DNA of 64,000 bases from Camelus dromedarius (lineage: Eukaryota). Location of the stretch: NCBI RefSeq assembly GCF_036321535.1, contig NC_087469.1, positions 13,392,001-13,456,000 on the forward strand, in the 5' to 3' direction. Shown one piece after another: positions 23,421-36,129 of this stretch. Each line of letters starts with the position of its first letter. The stretch's first letter is position 1. Made by a program: the position numbers and the translations under genes. Under the pieces are notes generated by a model. The model did not search any database. It had not been told where the DNA came from and saw only the letters and a list, made by a program, of their open reading frames with translations.

Positions 23421-23939
23421 AACAATTCTTACATTTCAAACATTAGTTCTCAAGGGACAAAGTTCTTGACTCCCGTTACAGAAGAGAAATTCCAGATGCA
23501 GCAGACATGCTTTGTGCATAGTTGTATGAGTTATTAATAAGAATTTGTTGATTAATACATGGATACAATTCTGGAAAAATCATGTGGAGAACAATTCCTC
23601 GCTCAGGGAAGCCAGCTCTGCCAATTGACAAAATTCCTTGCTGAAGAGTCTGACAATGGAAATTCTATTTCTAAACCAAAACATCATAGTTTGAAATGTA
23701 GAAGAGCTATGGACAAACTGAGGCAAAGTATGTGAAATCAGATGTTAAAAGCCTCAGACTTAACGATTATTATTTCCTATTCTAAAAATAAACCCCAAAA
23801 CCGAGGGAGTAGCTTCTCTATGTCCACGATGATTGAGCTGTACCTCTCACCTTTTCCTGTACTTCCCAAGGTCAGTCACAGAGATAAAAAGCGTAGATAT
23901 GGCTCTGTCTTATTCACATCACAGTCGTGCCACAAGGGG

Positions 23940-24287
23940 GAAAACCACATTGTGTTTCAGCTAGATCATTTACCCACTTCTAATTACTCCCTTTGCTCAA
24001 CAACCCCCTTGAATCAGGACTCATTCAGGAAGGGGATCCCAAGGGCCCCAAGAGCATTTAAATTTCCACATATGAGAAAACAACGTAGCTATCAGTGTCT
24101 TGGAAGAAATCTTTGAGAAGACAAGAGGTACTTTCAGCTTTCTGTCATTTAATCTCAGTTTATTTCACTAAGAAGAGAGACCTTTCCAGATGATGGCAGG
24201 AGATCCCTGACCCTGGCTTAAAGGCAAATATGGATGGATGAGCCCAGAGAGGCAGATAATAAAAGAATCCACTCCCTCCTTGTGAGT
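23940..24287 (+). promoter_or_regulatory. Candidate OR10D3 promoter and first exon
   Basis: TAATTA at about 23981, tandem O/E (EBF) sites TCCCAAGGG (24037-24045) and CCCCAAGAG (24046-24054), an adjacent ATTTAAAT, a GTGAGT donor at 24282, and acceptor cctaccccAG at 25791-25792. Confidence 0.55.
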
Positions 24288-24809
24288 TACAGAAGTGCCA
24301 CCCTCATCTCTTTAATTTCTACTCCTCTTTTCTTCCTCAAGTTTCCAGTGGAGAGGGGAATCTGGAGTCCTTGGTTTACAAATGGTCTCAGAGTCCAGGA
24401 TGAAAAGGACTTGGGGCTACTGGGCACAAGAATAGGACATCGTTTGCTTGGTTTGTTATTCAACTCACCATGTTGGCTTGTCAACTAAAAACTCCTTTCT
24501 TGCTATTGCCCTTTATAACCAGAGATTTGGTCTTAATTCAAAGAGATTAAAAGGTTGGACCCTCTAAGTGAGCCTATACCCTGACACCTTTTGTCCAATT
24601 CTTTGTCATGTGCGACTCCTCTTGATAAAACACCCGGGACAAACTCTGACTATTCAGAGGATGGTGCAAAGAATGAACAGGTATATGATTAAGCTTCTTT
24701 ACAGGGTTGTTTAGGAGTATTAATAGCTGATGGTGTCATATAAGCCCTCGTACAAGACAAAACAACTGAATGATATCCTTTCTTGCCAGTTACTGAGCGA
24801 GTCGCTTCA

Positions 24810-24930
24810 CTGTTTCATTCATCAAATATTTATTAAGGATCTACTCTGTGCCGGGCACCGCTTTCTGCACTGAGGATAGAGAAGTGCACGTGAAAAGGCA
24901 TTTACTCTTCTAGACTTTGTATTTCAGTAT
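24810..24930 (-). mobile_element. L2 3' end
   Basis: ttcattcatcaaatatttattaaggatctactctgtgccgggcacc. Confidence 0.75.
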
Positions 24931-25813
24931 ATGTGTGTGGTGGTGGTGGTGGTGCAGGGGCAGGCAGGCTGGATTTCCATTGCTTACTAAGGAGGAGTGG
25001 GAACATTTTTAGAGATTTGTGACATCAAAAGGAAAAGCATGAATAACACGGGGGTGGGACGGGTGCAAAATCTGACAAGATTAGTAACATCATAGCCCAT
25101 CACAGATGCACATAATGGAAAGACTCATGTTAAAAAATAAAGAAAGAAAGAAGAATTCAGATCCCTAGTTCTGCCACATACAGTGACCTCAATGTAGAAC
25201 TGTGTAGCCTGTCTAATGTCCAGATGTTTTCTTTTCTAAAGAGTTACTGTGTGGATTAAATGAACTGAAATCGTGTTGTGTAGACATTTCAAGTGGTAAT
25301 GTGGTGATTATTTAACCCTACGGCTCACCAAAAAACAGAGATAAGAATAAAATATAATTTTGTCAGCTGTAGCGGTTCACAAATAGAGTGATTCTCAGGT
25401 CACAGTTCGTACCCCCAGAGATATAATGAGCCCCAGCGTGACTGTGAGGCTTCTGATACCCCTCCATTCTGAGGGTGCATATTTGTGGGGGTACCACCCT
25501 TCCTGTTAAAATCCTTGCTCCAACATATTTCTTTTAAAATATTGTTTTAATAAAGGATGTTTGCATTTGGAATCAGCACAGGAAAAATATTTGTTACAGA
25601 AATTATCAAGGTGGCTAAGGTAGCTACATTCCAGTTAAAATGCCCTGAAACTTGGTTCGTAAGTAGTGTTTCCGTAACTCCTAGCCCAAACACTGTCATT
25701 TAAATCACACATCTCATTTCCCAGTGTGTTCACTCCATTGACATCCAGCCGGGACCTCCTTCCCTGTCTCCTGCTCCCTCTTCCTACCCCAGGACTGGGT
25801 CTCTCGGAGGGAG

Positions 25814-26746
25814 ATGGAGAACCGCTCTGCGGTGACTGAGTTCATCCTCCTGGGCATCCCGCACACAGAGGGGCTGGAGCCCGCACTCTTTGTCCTGTTC
25901 TTGCCCTTCTACGCCTGCACCCTGCTGGGAAATGCATCCATTCTCACGGCTGTTCTTTCTTCCACTCGCCTCCACACACCCATGTATTTCTTCCTGGGGA
26001 ACCTGTCTGTGTTTGACATGAGTTTCTCTTCCGTGACCTGTCCTAAAATGCTGCTCTACCTCGTGGGACTGAGCCCGCTCATCTCCTACCAGGACTGTGT
26101 CTCCCAGCTCTTCTTCTTCCACTTTCTTGGCAGCATTGAGTGCTTCTTGTACACCGTGATGGCCTATGACCGCTTCACTGCTGTCTGTTACCCTCTGCGG
26201 TACACAGTCATCATGAACCCTAGAATCTGCGTGGCCCTGGCTGTGGGCACGTGGCTGTTAGGATGTGTCCATTCCGGTATCCTAACCTGGCTGACCTTCA
26301 CCTTGCCGTATTGTGGTCCCAATGAAGTGGATCACTTCTTTTGTGATATCCCAGCACTCTTGCCCTTGGCCTGTGCTGATACATCCCTAGCCCAGAGGGT
26401 GAGCTTCACCAACGTGGGCCTAATATCTCTCGTCTGCTTTCTCCTCATCCTTGTATCCTACATGCGAATCTCCATCTCCATCTTGCGTATTCCATCAACA
26501 GAGGGCCGCCGCCGTGCCTTCTCCACATGCAGTGCCCACCTGATCGCCATCCTCTGTGCCTATGGGCCCATCATTACTGTCTACCTGCAGCCCACCCCCA
26601 ACCCCATGCTGGGAACTGTGGTCCAAATTCTGATGAATCTGGTAGGACCAATGCTGAACCCTTTAATATACACCCTGAGGAATAAGGAAGTAAAATCAGC
26701 CCTGAAAAAAATATTGCACTGGACAAATCACATTCCTGAGATTTAA
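25814..26746 (+). CDS. OR10D3: Olfactory receptor OR10D3 ortholog, intact, 310 aa
   Basis: Closely matches recalled human OR10D3 (LFVLFLPFYACTLLGN...SVTCPKMLLYL...LIAILCAYGPIITVYLQPTPNPMLGTVVQILMNLVGPMLNP). All OR motifs are intact. AATAAA at 27062. Confidence 0.95.
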   Translation: MENRSAVTEFILLGIPHTEGLEPALFVLFLPFYACTLLGNASILTAVLSSTRLHTPMYFFLGNLSVFDMSFSSVTCPKMLLYLVGLSPLISYQDCVSQLFFFHFLGSIECFLYTVMAYDRFTAVCYPLRYTVIMNPRICVALAVGTWLLGCVHSGILTWLTFTLPYCGPNEVDHFFCDIPALLPLACADTSLAQRVSFTNVGLISLVCFLLILVSYMRISISILRIPSTEGRRRAFSTCSAHLIAILCAYGPIITVYLQPTPNPMLGTVVQILMNLVGPMLNPLIYTLRNKEVKSALKKILHWTNHIPEI

Positions 26747-27427
26747 TAAGAACGGATGGATGGGTTGATGACATGGAATTCTTTCTCCCTCAACATGGGA
26801 AATTTTATTCTGGAATCCTTACATGTGGCTTTGCAGTGCATGCTGAATGGTGTGGACCAGTATGTCATAATACTTCATCACTTTGTCTATTTTATTTTCT
26901 TGTGTTACCGAAGTCCCCTCCCCACAGCTTCAAAATAACATCATCTGGGTTGTTGTTATTTCGCTTTCCTTCTATGGAAAACCTCCTGCCACTAAAAGAC
27001 CATTGCACCATTTCTCCCACCTTTCCCAACAATGCGTGAGACCAAGTTTATGAGGAAAGGGAATAAACAGAAGAAAGCAACTTTAAATAACTGATTGGGA
27101 GCATGACAGGACCTTCTCTTTTAATATTAACAGACTAATTGCCAGAGGCAAAATGAAGTGTTCTCTTTTTCCTTCTCAACTGTGTAAAAAAGGGAATAAC
27201 TTAGGATTTGTCAATGGACATGTTCTCCTCTGCACCCCATGATTTTTCTCATCCTTGCTTTCTCTGCCTTAAGGTTCTTAGGCAAATAAGATGAGTTCCA
27301 ACTGTGTAAGGAAAGTGAAAAGCTTTGTGGCTAGTATTCTAGGCTGGATGTTTCCATTTCACTGTCCACTAATAGAGTGGTTATTAATGTGATAAAATGC
27401 ATTTTTATCAGGTCAGATAATTAGACT

Positions 27428-27640
27428 GAGCCAGTGGTTTTCCAAGTATGATTCAAGGAGCCCCAAGGCGCCAGTGAATTTATTCTAAGGCTTCATGTTA
27501 AGTATAGAGAAAATTTCCCTTTTACCTGCTTTACCTGTTGTATTTCTTGGCAAAATTCCACTGGGAAAAGTTGGAAGGCCTCTGGAGTATGTAATCTCCA
27601 TGGCATCCTCCAAGACTAAGGATTTCCTTCTACCCATGAC
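27428..27640. mobile_element. Degenerate hAT-Charlie-like DNA element
   Basis: Starts cagtggttttccaagtatgattcaaggagcccc, the typical CAGTGGTT terminus. Confidence 0.45.
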
Positions 27641-28174
27641 TTTAAAGGTGTTGTTGCCTTTTCTTTAGCACCTGGATCTGAACCTTCAATATGCACTTGA
27701 GCTTGTTAACAGCTCAAGCTATGCTTGTTCATGCTTCAGGGTTCATTTAATTACTTACCAAACAATTCTCCTCTCCTAATAGAAACAATTATAAAGGTGA
27801 TGTTTATTATACTTAGTCTCAGGTAACCTCTTCCCTATTCGATCTACATCAGAGACACCTACTTTGGTTCACAGATGGCTACAAAGCAGCTCTGTGGAAG
27901 GCACTGATTAGATCAGAAACATTACAGAAGGCAAAGGTGGGTTTCACTGGATCCACTGCATTCATTGCCTGGACTTCACATAATTTTACCTCAACCCTTT
28001 GTACCTCTGGCCTAATTAGCGCTGTATTATTACAGTTCCAGCTCGAGTACCTCCTGATTCACTGTGATATAATGCAAGTTCACCTCCACAGTCCCCTCTT
28101 GAGAAACGCTAGATGTGAATCCTAACAGCAAACTATCCTTTGAGAATCTTCTGAAACCCTAGCAGCATCAGGTA

Positions 28175-28315
28175 CAGATCTTCCTTGACTTACAGCGGTG
28201 TTACGTCCTGATAAGCTCATCATAAATTGAAAATACAGTAAGTAAAAAAAAAATGCATTTAGTACGCCTAACCTACTGAACATCATAGCTTAGCCTGGCC
28301 TGCCTAAATGTGCTA
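28175..28315. mobile_element. TcMar-Tigger element end (MER47/Tigger5-like)
   Basis: TA|CAGATCTTCCTTGACTTACAGCGGTGTTACGTCCTGATAAGCTCATC...GCATTTAGTACGCCTAACCTACTGAACATCATAGCTTAGCC. Confidence 0.8.
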
Positions 28316-30920
28316 TAAATGAAGGCACTGGAATCTTTGATTTTATCATCTGAGAAAATGTGCAAAGAGGAGGGAAGACCAAGGATACAAAAAGGAGCAG
28401 GAGCTGGAGAAAAAGCTGACTCCAGTCAAACATCTACCGTATGCCTCCCTCTGTCATTATCCAAATATTCTGGTTTCAAGGTCAAGTCCACTCTCATGTA
28501 GAAAGGAGTGAAGGAAGCTGTAGCCAATTGACTCTAAGTATTACCAGCTCATTGGAAAATTACTTATATTGAGTGATGAATACAACAGCTATTTAAAATG
28601 CCTAATTTGGTGATTTATCAACTCTGGTCTATGGAATAGTCTGAAAGTATGATAAAACTGAAATTTTAATGTTGGCATTGTCTTTCCTTGGAAAGGATGT
28701 ATTTTTTTTTCCTCTGAAACTGTATGTCCTCCTTTCTTCCTTTTTTAATGGTAGCTATAGTTTAGTTATATTTTTAATGTCTTGTCAAAATAAGAAGTAG
28801 GTAACCTTATATGTAGCCTTAATTGAATATTACTGACTAATAAAATCCAAAGCCTGAGAAAAATGGATTCTGTTCAACTTGATGCAATTTACCAGTTTTC
28901 CTTTTAATTTGACTTCTTAGGAAGATCTTATTGGAGACAAACCACAGGTGCAGATTTTGCTAGTTAGTGAACTACGATTCACATTTTAAATTGAACTTTT
29001 GGCATTCAGATTTCCCATGTGCAGCAGAATATTTCTCTAAGCAATGGTAAGTATCCTGGATTCATGGAAAGTTAATAAAATAGAATTCTGGTTTTATGCC
29101 TCACAGCTTTATGTGCTTGGTTAATGTGAAACTGACCCCCTAAGAGATCAATTTCCTTTCTGTGTGAGGAGAAAATTAAGTTTCCAAGACTGCAAAACTG
29201 AAGATCAGAAGTCTAGATTATGATAAATGTGCTAAGGTCACGAATATCAGTCTATGTTGTCCTTTGGAAGAGTTGCTAGGCTTTTCCTGGTGATGTATCA
29301 ATATGTATTTCTGAATTCTGCACTCTTATCCTCATTGTACTGATAAAAAAGTAACTCAAAGACGTTAAAGCTAAGACATATAACTAAGGAAATGGAATAA
29401 TTGGGGTGGAACTGGTTTCCAAACCCAAGTCTCATGATTCTTGGTCCTACTTATGTGCCATTGGCCAGTGTTTCTTAAAATATTCCATTGAAGCGACTCA
29501 AAAGGCTGTGAAGAGAAAATTGTGTAGGATGGGATGAAGTTGGGAGGGAACAGCAGATGATGGAGGCAAGATAGTTATCTTGAAATTATCTGCATCAACC
29601 TTAGAATTTTTCTAAGATTTCGTTTTATATTAAAGGTTATTTGAAAATGTGATTCATGAATATTTTATGTTCTATTCCATAATAAATCCATTTTTAATTT
29701 TTAAATAATTGTTTTCATCCTCAAAATTTCAAGTTATTTCAGACTTTATAAAGATCAATCTTGTTCATTCTCTTGCATCATGAATCTCAGGTCCCATGTG
29801 GATTAATCCTTGTCCAGACAATACAGTTGAAAACCAGTGCTCTACAACTGTGTCATTTCCTCTTAATTTGGTCATTTAAAAAGATAATTGCCTTTTCCCC
29901 TTTCCTTCTCTTGCTTTTCCAGTTTCTTTCTCCATGCAAACTTGTGTCAGAAAACTGCTTGAATGTGTGGGGAAACCCCTTCTCCCCAACACTGAAAACT
30001 GAGTTCAGAACAGCTACGACAATGCAAACAGCAGGCATTTAATGCTATCATGCCAAAAGTCCTAGATCCATTTCTACTGCTTATAACATTGCTCCTATTC
30101 CATTTGTGTCACGGCCTGGCTCCAGCCTTTTGGCCCCTGTTCTCTCTGTGTGGCATTTAGACTCACTCTAAGGACTTGACTCAGACCTGTCTCACTGGAG
30201 ATTATTGCTTTGTGTTCTCCTGAGCAAAATGCTGTGTTCTCCACTAGGTTCCAAGTTGCAAAAGAGCTGTTTTTCTAAAGTCAGCCTCTCCCTATGGCCT
30301 GGTGCAGGGCCAGTCACAGGTGAGTAGTCAAGATAATTTATTGATTTTGATTAGTCAAATGCACATTTTTGTTGCTGTTGTCTGTCTGCTTTGTTTTGTT
30401 TCCTTGTTTTTACAAAATCCGTTTTCTGGGAAGATGTCTGCTGTTCTGGCAACATGTACAGATGGCCATGGCAACATGTTTGGGCATCGGTTTCGCACAC
30501 GTGTAAAACAGAAATGCTTGTCGGATTCAAAACAAGCGAGAGAGTCAGGCTTATGTTCTCAGGTTCTGTGCCCTCCTGCCCCTGCTGCACCTCTGACAAC
30601 AACTCAGCTCTCAATTTTTGAAGCAAAAATGGAGTAATTTCAAAGACTTGTCTAATATTTTTGAGCAGTTAAAGAAATGTATTGCCTTTCAGATCCCTCA
30701 ATTTGTGAATGAGCTGACATTTTCAGTGACCCACTCTCGGTGGATGTAAATAAAGAGCTATGCGGATTTGCTTATGAATTCTAGAAACCCTGCTTGGGTG
30801 GATTTCTTGCGTGTTCCTGATGATCTTTGGGTGTGATTTGACCTTCCTGTCCAGGAAGAACTGACTAGTGGTGGAATCTGGTAGCTCTACTATCAGTTGG
30901 TGGAGAAACTTGTCAGTTGG

Positions 30921-31311
30921 TGTTGTAGGCAGAATAAGGCTTCCCCAAGATGCCCGTGGCCGAATCTCCAAAACCTGTGAACGTGTCAGGTCGCTGACAC
31001 AGGGGAACTAAGACTGCAAATGAATTAGGTTGTTCATCAGCTGACTCTGACATGAGGGAATAACTGAGATGATCTGGGTGAGCCCAGTGTAGTTACAAAG
31101 ATTTCTCTAAGTGGAGGAGGGAGGCAGAGGAGAACCAGAGAAATGAGAGCTGAGAAGGAACTCAGCCCTACCAACACCCTGATTTTAGCGTAGTGACACT
31201 CATTATGGACTTCTAACCTCCAGAACTGTAAAACGATAAATTGCCAATGTTTGAAGCCATTAACTACGTTTGTGGTAATGTTTTTTACAGCAGCAATAGG
31301 AAACTCATACA
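30921..31311 (+). mobile_element. MaLR solo LTR (MLT1C/D-like)
   Basis: tgttgtaggcagaataaggcttccccaagatgcc...ggacttctaacctccagaactgtaaaacgataaatt...gcagcaataggaaactcataca. Confidence 0.9.
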
Positions 31312-32039
31312 GCGGATATGTCTCTGAGCTTCACCGCTGATTCAAAAGCTGTCCTGACTCTCCCCTGCTCGGCTAGGGGAGGCAGACGGCTGGGGCTCTG
31401 AGGGATGGATGCTCTGATAAACTCCTCTGAACCTGTTCGCCTCCAGGGAAGACTGGGATACCAAACTAGGAGTGCACAGGAGGACAAAGGCCCTAGATGC
31501 TCACTGAGAAAGGTCCTAGAGAGACACATGAGTAAACACTCAGCTCTCACCTATCGTAGGGGAGCAACTGTATATCAGTCTTGAGCAGACATCCCTTGGC
31601 CTCACAAAACAAGTATTCTTTTAGTGCCAGAGGTCCAGGGTCTGAGAAATTATGAAGATAACTTTTAACAAAGAATTATCACACCCTCAACATGCTCTGG
31701 AAGATCTCAAGTATTATCTGTTAAAACCAGGGATATTTACTGATTGAAAATCCTCACTTACACTTACAATCACTTACAAAGGATTCATATAATTAAAAAA
31801 AGAAAAACAACAATAATAACATTTGTTAGAACTTAGCATTTAAAGACATATCTATCTTAAACCAATTAAAAAGAGAGGCTTATTCTAAATTTAGGAAAAC
31901 TCATTTTTTGAGGGAAATATCTAAACTCAAAATATATACCAAAATGAGTATCAGATGGATGAAGAGTTAAATAATAAAAACAAGGGCAAACAAAACCCAA
32001 TAATCTAACTGAGAAAGTCCTGCTGTACACCTTTACTCA

Positions 32040-32524
32040 TTCACTAAAGAAGAAAAGGAGCTGCTCTGAAGAGGCAGGGGAGAGGCCAGTATATATGTGA
32101 CTTGGTGAAGGGGTACGTGCCATCCAGCACACATCTCTGTAGAAGGTTACTGCTAATCACAAGGAATAGACATCTCAGCTAATGATTTTAGCACTTTGGA
32201 AGTACTGGAAGGTGCAAAAATCTGGGTTCAGAACAACTCCTCCTGAAATATATTTGACTATCTGAGTAGGGCCCATTCTGCCTGTTTTCCCAAAGCACAG
32301 AATGCCCTATCTTGTTCCTTGTCCTTGAATACCTTTCAGAGTTTACTCTAGGTCGGGGACCACAGTGGCCAATGACTTAATCCTTGTAAAACACCACAGA
32401 AAGCTGCAAATGGCATTATTTTATTATTTTTTATGGCTAAGTAGTATTCCATTGTCTATACTTCAATAAAAATATATTAAAAAAAACCAAAACACCATTG
32501 AAAGCAACATTCTTTTCCTTTACA
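32040..32524 (-). mobile_element. Artiodactyl ERV1-type LTR (5' part) carrying a micro-L1 insertion
   Basis: Reverse strand begins TGTAAAGGAAAAGAATGTTGC. Internal gaaggttactgctaatcacaagg...gattttagcac resembles artiodactyl ERV1 LTRs. Confidence 0.65.
32405..32488. mobile_element. About 85-bp L1 insertion with an inverted 5' piece (twin-priming structure)
   Basis: 32403-32455 is the reverse complement of L1 sequence seen at 9826-9877. 32456-32486 is a sense L1 terminus (ctatacttcAATAAA...polyA). 17-bp TSD at 32388-32404 and 32489-32505. Confidence 0.85.
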
Positions 32525-33329
32525 GAAGTACAGGTTACACTCCTAACAACCGCTACCAAGCTGAGGAAGAAGTATGAGTGGAGGGAAATAAAATGACAAA
32601 AGGCTTTTTAAACTAAGATGAATACCTGATACACTGGCATCAAGCCCTAGAAAGATCCATAAGTTTATATGAAATAATAAGACCTAAGTGGAACTTGTGG
32701 CAGAATAATTGAGGCACCTCAAGAAGGGTTTAAAGTACACTCATAAACTCTGACAAGCAGTTATATTTGGAACCCATGAAAATTAACCATTTGTGGGCAA
32801 CTGACCCACAGTGGTTATGACACGTATGGAACCAGCAGCCACCACTGGAATGTGCTTGTACTCAATACAGCTAAACTGAATGCCTCATTTTAGAGAATGA
32901 TAATCCTTTACAAATTTTCCAAATTTATGATTGTAAACTTAGGTAAAAGAGGAGTAACAAACACACAGCGTACGTTCAAGAGTACATTTAAGATTTATAA
33001 GGGATCTGAGACATATTTACACTAACTTGCATGCCCTGGTCATAAGAATGTTTTCTTATGTTTTGATTCTTAGCAATTCCTGGAGCTGGAGAACTTAGAA
33101 CACCCTTTGAACAATATGTCAGTAATAGAATTTAATCCCTTCCTCTTTTAAGTCTTGGGAAGGCTGGGGTGAGGCTTTGAGCAAAGGACTGGCTACATTG
33201 AGCTGTGTGCCTCCAGGCTGTATTTAAATAGTCTACTTTATACATCAATGGAATGCAAAAATGCAAAAAGATAGATGTCCAAGGTCAGGATGATCCCACT
33301 TGTGACCTATCTCTCCAAACTGAAAGTAG

Positions 33330-33630
33330 TGTAGTAGAGAATAACCTTTGTTTTGTTGGACACCATGACCTAGCCCAAGGGGATGGCTGCAAGAACAAGG
33401 AACACCTGCAGCAAGACGATTACACCAATCAAGCACACCCCCTCCCTTATTTTTTGTATAAAAGGAGCCTGTATTCTGACTAGAGCAGGATGGTTCTCCA
33501 AGACATTAGTCTACCATCCTCTTGGTCTGCCGGCTTTCCAAATAAAGTCGCTATTCCTTGCCCCATCACCTCATCTCCTGATTTACTGGCCTATCGGGCG
33601 GGGAACAGAACGAGTTTAGACTCGGCAACA
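33330..33630 (+). mobile_element. ERV1-type solo LTR
   Basis: TG...CA termini (tgtagtagag...ctcggcaaca), TATAAAA at about 33458, AATAAA at 33541, near-TSD gtag/gtaa. Confidence 0.8.
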
Positions 33631-34419
33631 GTAAGATAGTGGGTGCAGTATAAATGCGAGCCCAGAAGGGTGGAAGAATCAGGAACTCACTTTTGTCCTC
33701 TCCTTGCTTCTGGAGCTTGTGATTCAAAAGAATGAGGCACACAGGCTCTCCTAGCTCTTTAAGTCTTTAGGTCTCCTAGCTCATTCTTATCTGTTCCTGA
33801 TCACTTGAACCTACGCAGAATGGCAAGTACGGTTGCCTTCTCCTTTTGGACACATATTAGCTTTATAGATTTCAGGAATCCTGGCAGTATCTTGGATTTC
33901 TGATGCAGTCTAGTAAGTCTGTAACTGTAGACTTAGAGTGCTCCAGGGTGGACACCAGCCAGGCATGTGTGTTCTGCAATCTGTGTTCTGTTGTCCTCTG
34001 GTGGATAAAGAACATCTCCAGTCTTAGCACAGATTTTAAGGTTTTCCCTGGGTTGAGGAGTCATCTGGATGTTTGTGTTTGAAGGGGCAGTGATAGAGGA
34101 AGAAACTTGTTCTACGAGTGACTGGATAATTTTGAAGAGATGACAAACTCTGCATAAGTGTTTATGTCCAAAGATGTTCATTACCTTATTATTTATAAAA
34201 TAATTTGAAAAAAATTAGAAACAATTGAAATATTGAACAGTGTTCAATATTCATTGGAGATAATTATTTTAAATAATTATGATTATTATAATTGGATTAT
34301 GAGCATTTCTTCTGATGATTTTTTAAACTACAGTGAATACTTGTGATTATTGTTGCAATGTGATAAAAATGTTTTCTTTAAATTATGACTGCTGAATAAA
34401 ATTAAATATTTTTTTAAAA

Positions 34420-34760
34420 TCAGTTTTATCTGCGTATTTTGTGGGGTCTCCTTACGACTGAGAACTGCAAGAATTTCTCAGAATCATGCTAGTCTGCATG
34501 CTAGTCCTCAGCAGTTTGTCAAAATAATTATTTGAGTGTTTACCCCAGCTGATGAAGTTCTGTGATTTCTCCTTCAGGTGAGCAAATCATGAGGGCTGTA
34601 ACTCCCTGGATACACCTGTCTCTCTAGATTTTAGGGTGGCATTTTGCCCTGCAACCTCTATTCTCTGAATGGGTCCAAGGAAAGTCATTAATTTTCAATT
34701 TATCTGGTTTTTTTCTTGTATGGACAGGAATGACAACTCTTAGGTTCTTTACTTGTCTTT
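34420..34760 (-). mobile_element. Old L1M 5'-region fragment
   Basis: ttttgccctgcaacctctattctctgaatgggtccaaggaaagtcattaattttcaattt resembles L1M 5'-end consensus, antisense. Confidence 0.6.
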
Positions 34761-34809
34761 GCTCAAACTATAAGTCAGAATGCAGTTTCTCTTGTTATTT
34801 TTGTTTGTT

Positions 34810-35120
34810 TTATTTTTGGGAGAATTAGAAAAGAATCACTGTATTGCTTTGCCAGGCAAAGGGACCACAAGCAGGCTAGTGCCTCACAGACTGTGAGCCC
34901 CTCAGCATGCGAGTTTTGATACCTGGTATTGGCTAGTTCAACACTGAAAGTAAAGGAGGCATCATCTAGGACATAATTAAGAAGAACATTGTTGTACATT
35001 GATATAGCATCTCTATACAGTTTAGACAGAAACAGGTTAAACATGGCTAGTGATGTGGACTTAACAGAACTTGTGAAAGGAAAAACAGAAATTATATTCA
35101 GATAGGAAGCTGCTTTCAAA
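34810..35120 (-). mobile_element. ERV1 LTR remnant
   Basis: agaaaagaatcactgtattgctttgccaggcaaagggaccacaagcaggctagtgcc resembles the U5 region of an artiodactyl ERV1 LTR, antisense. Confidence 0.55.
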
Positions 35121-36129
35121 GACCTTCTAGAACAGTGTCTGCAGGCTTTAATTTCTAGCCCTTAATCTAATGACTGTCTATTGTCTCAACACTGAGAATA
35201 TTATACACAAGGGAACTAATAAGAGTATTAACGAAGAATGAAAAAAGCAAATTTTAATTGCTCCTACACCCCAAGAGCTCATTCCTGGTGAAAGGAAATC
35301 TTGAGGGAGCCTCCAATAGCTTCCAATATATTTTTAATGCTACCTCTTGTATGTTGAAACCTTAGATGAAAGCATGTCACTTTGGCAAGCGCCTCTGGTA
35401 GAATTATGAGGAAGGGACAATAGGGAATCACGGTTCTTGATTCTTAATATCTACATGAACAACTCAGCAATCGAGACCTGCATTTGAGCCCTAAGTAAAA
35501 GAGAGCCCAGGATTTTCTATCTTGAACAGCCTCTACCATCATCATCAAGACCTACTTCTCTTAGTACTTGGTCTAAAGCATATATATAATCCAGAATAAG
35601 GTTTCCAAGTAAAGGTGAGTATCCGAGTTTTAGAAAGTTTTAGAACTTTTAAATCTCAGATTGTTAAGAGAGTCTAGCCTCCTCACAACATTACGGGAAT
35701 TTCCTGAAGCCAATGGTTACTCATCTTTTGCTGTAACACATATGACGATGGAAAATTATCTTTTTCATAATTCCACCCACACTACTTCCAGACCCATCTA
35801 ATGGTTAGAGATTCTTGACCTTCAAACATGTGTCTCATTGGCCGTAGCTCTGCCCTTTGAGGTAACATACAAAAAAAGGTCTAATTCCAGTTCATGTTAT
35901 TTTGATCCAAATATTCAGGTTTGGTTTTTTTTTTTTGGACAGTTATATTTTGAAAATCGCCATCATAAAATACAGCCCCTAGGACTAAGCATAGTTCACC
36001 GAGTGAGTTTATCTTGTGGGACTATCATTTCCTTTATTTTGGATATTACGTTCTTTTTTTTTTTTTAATGAATTCATTGGCAGTTTTAGGTGTTTTTCTC
36101 TTGATCCAGATCTTTTGAACATGAAGAGC

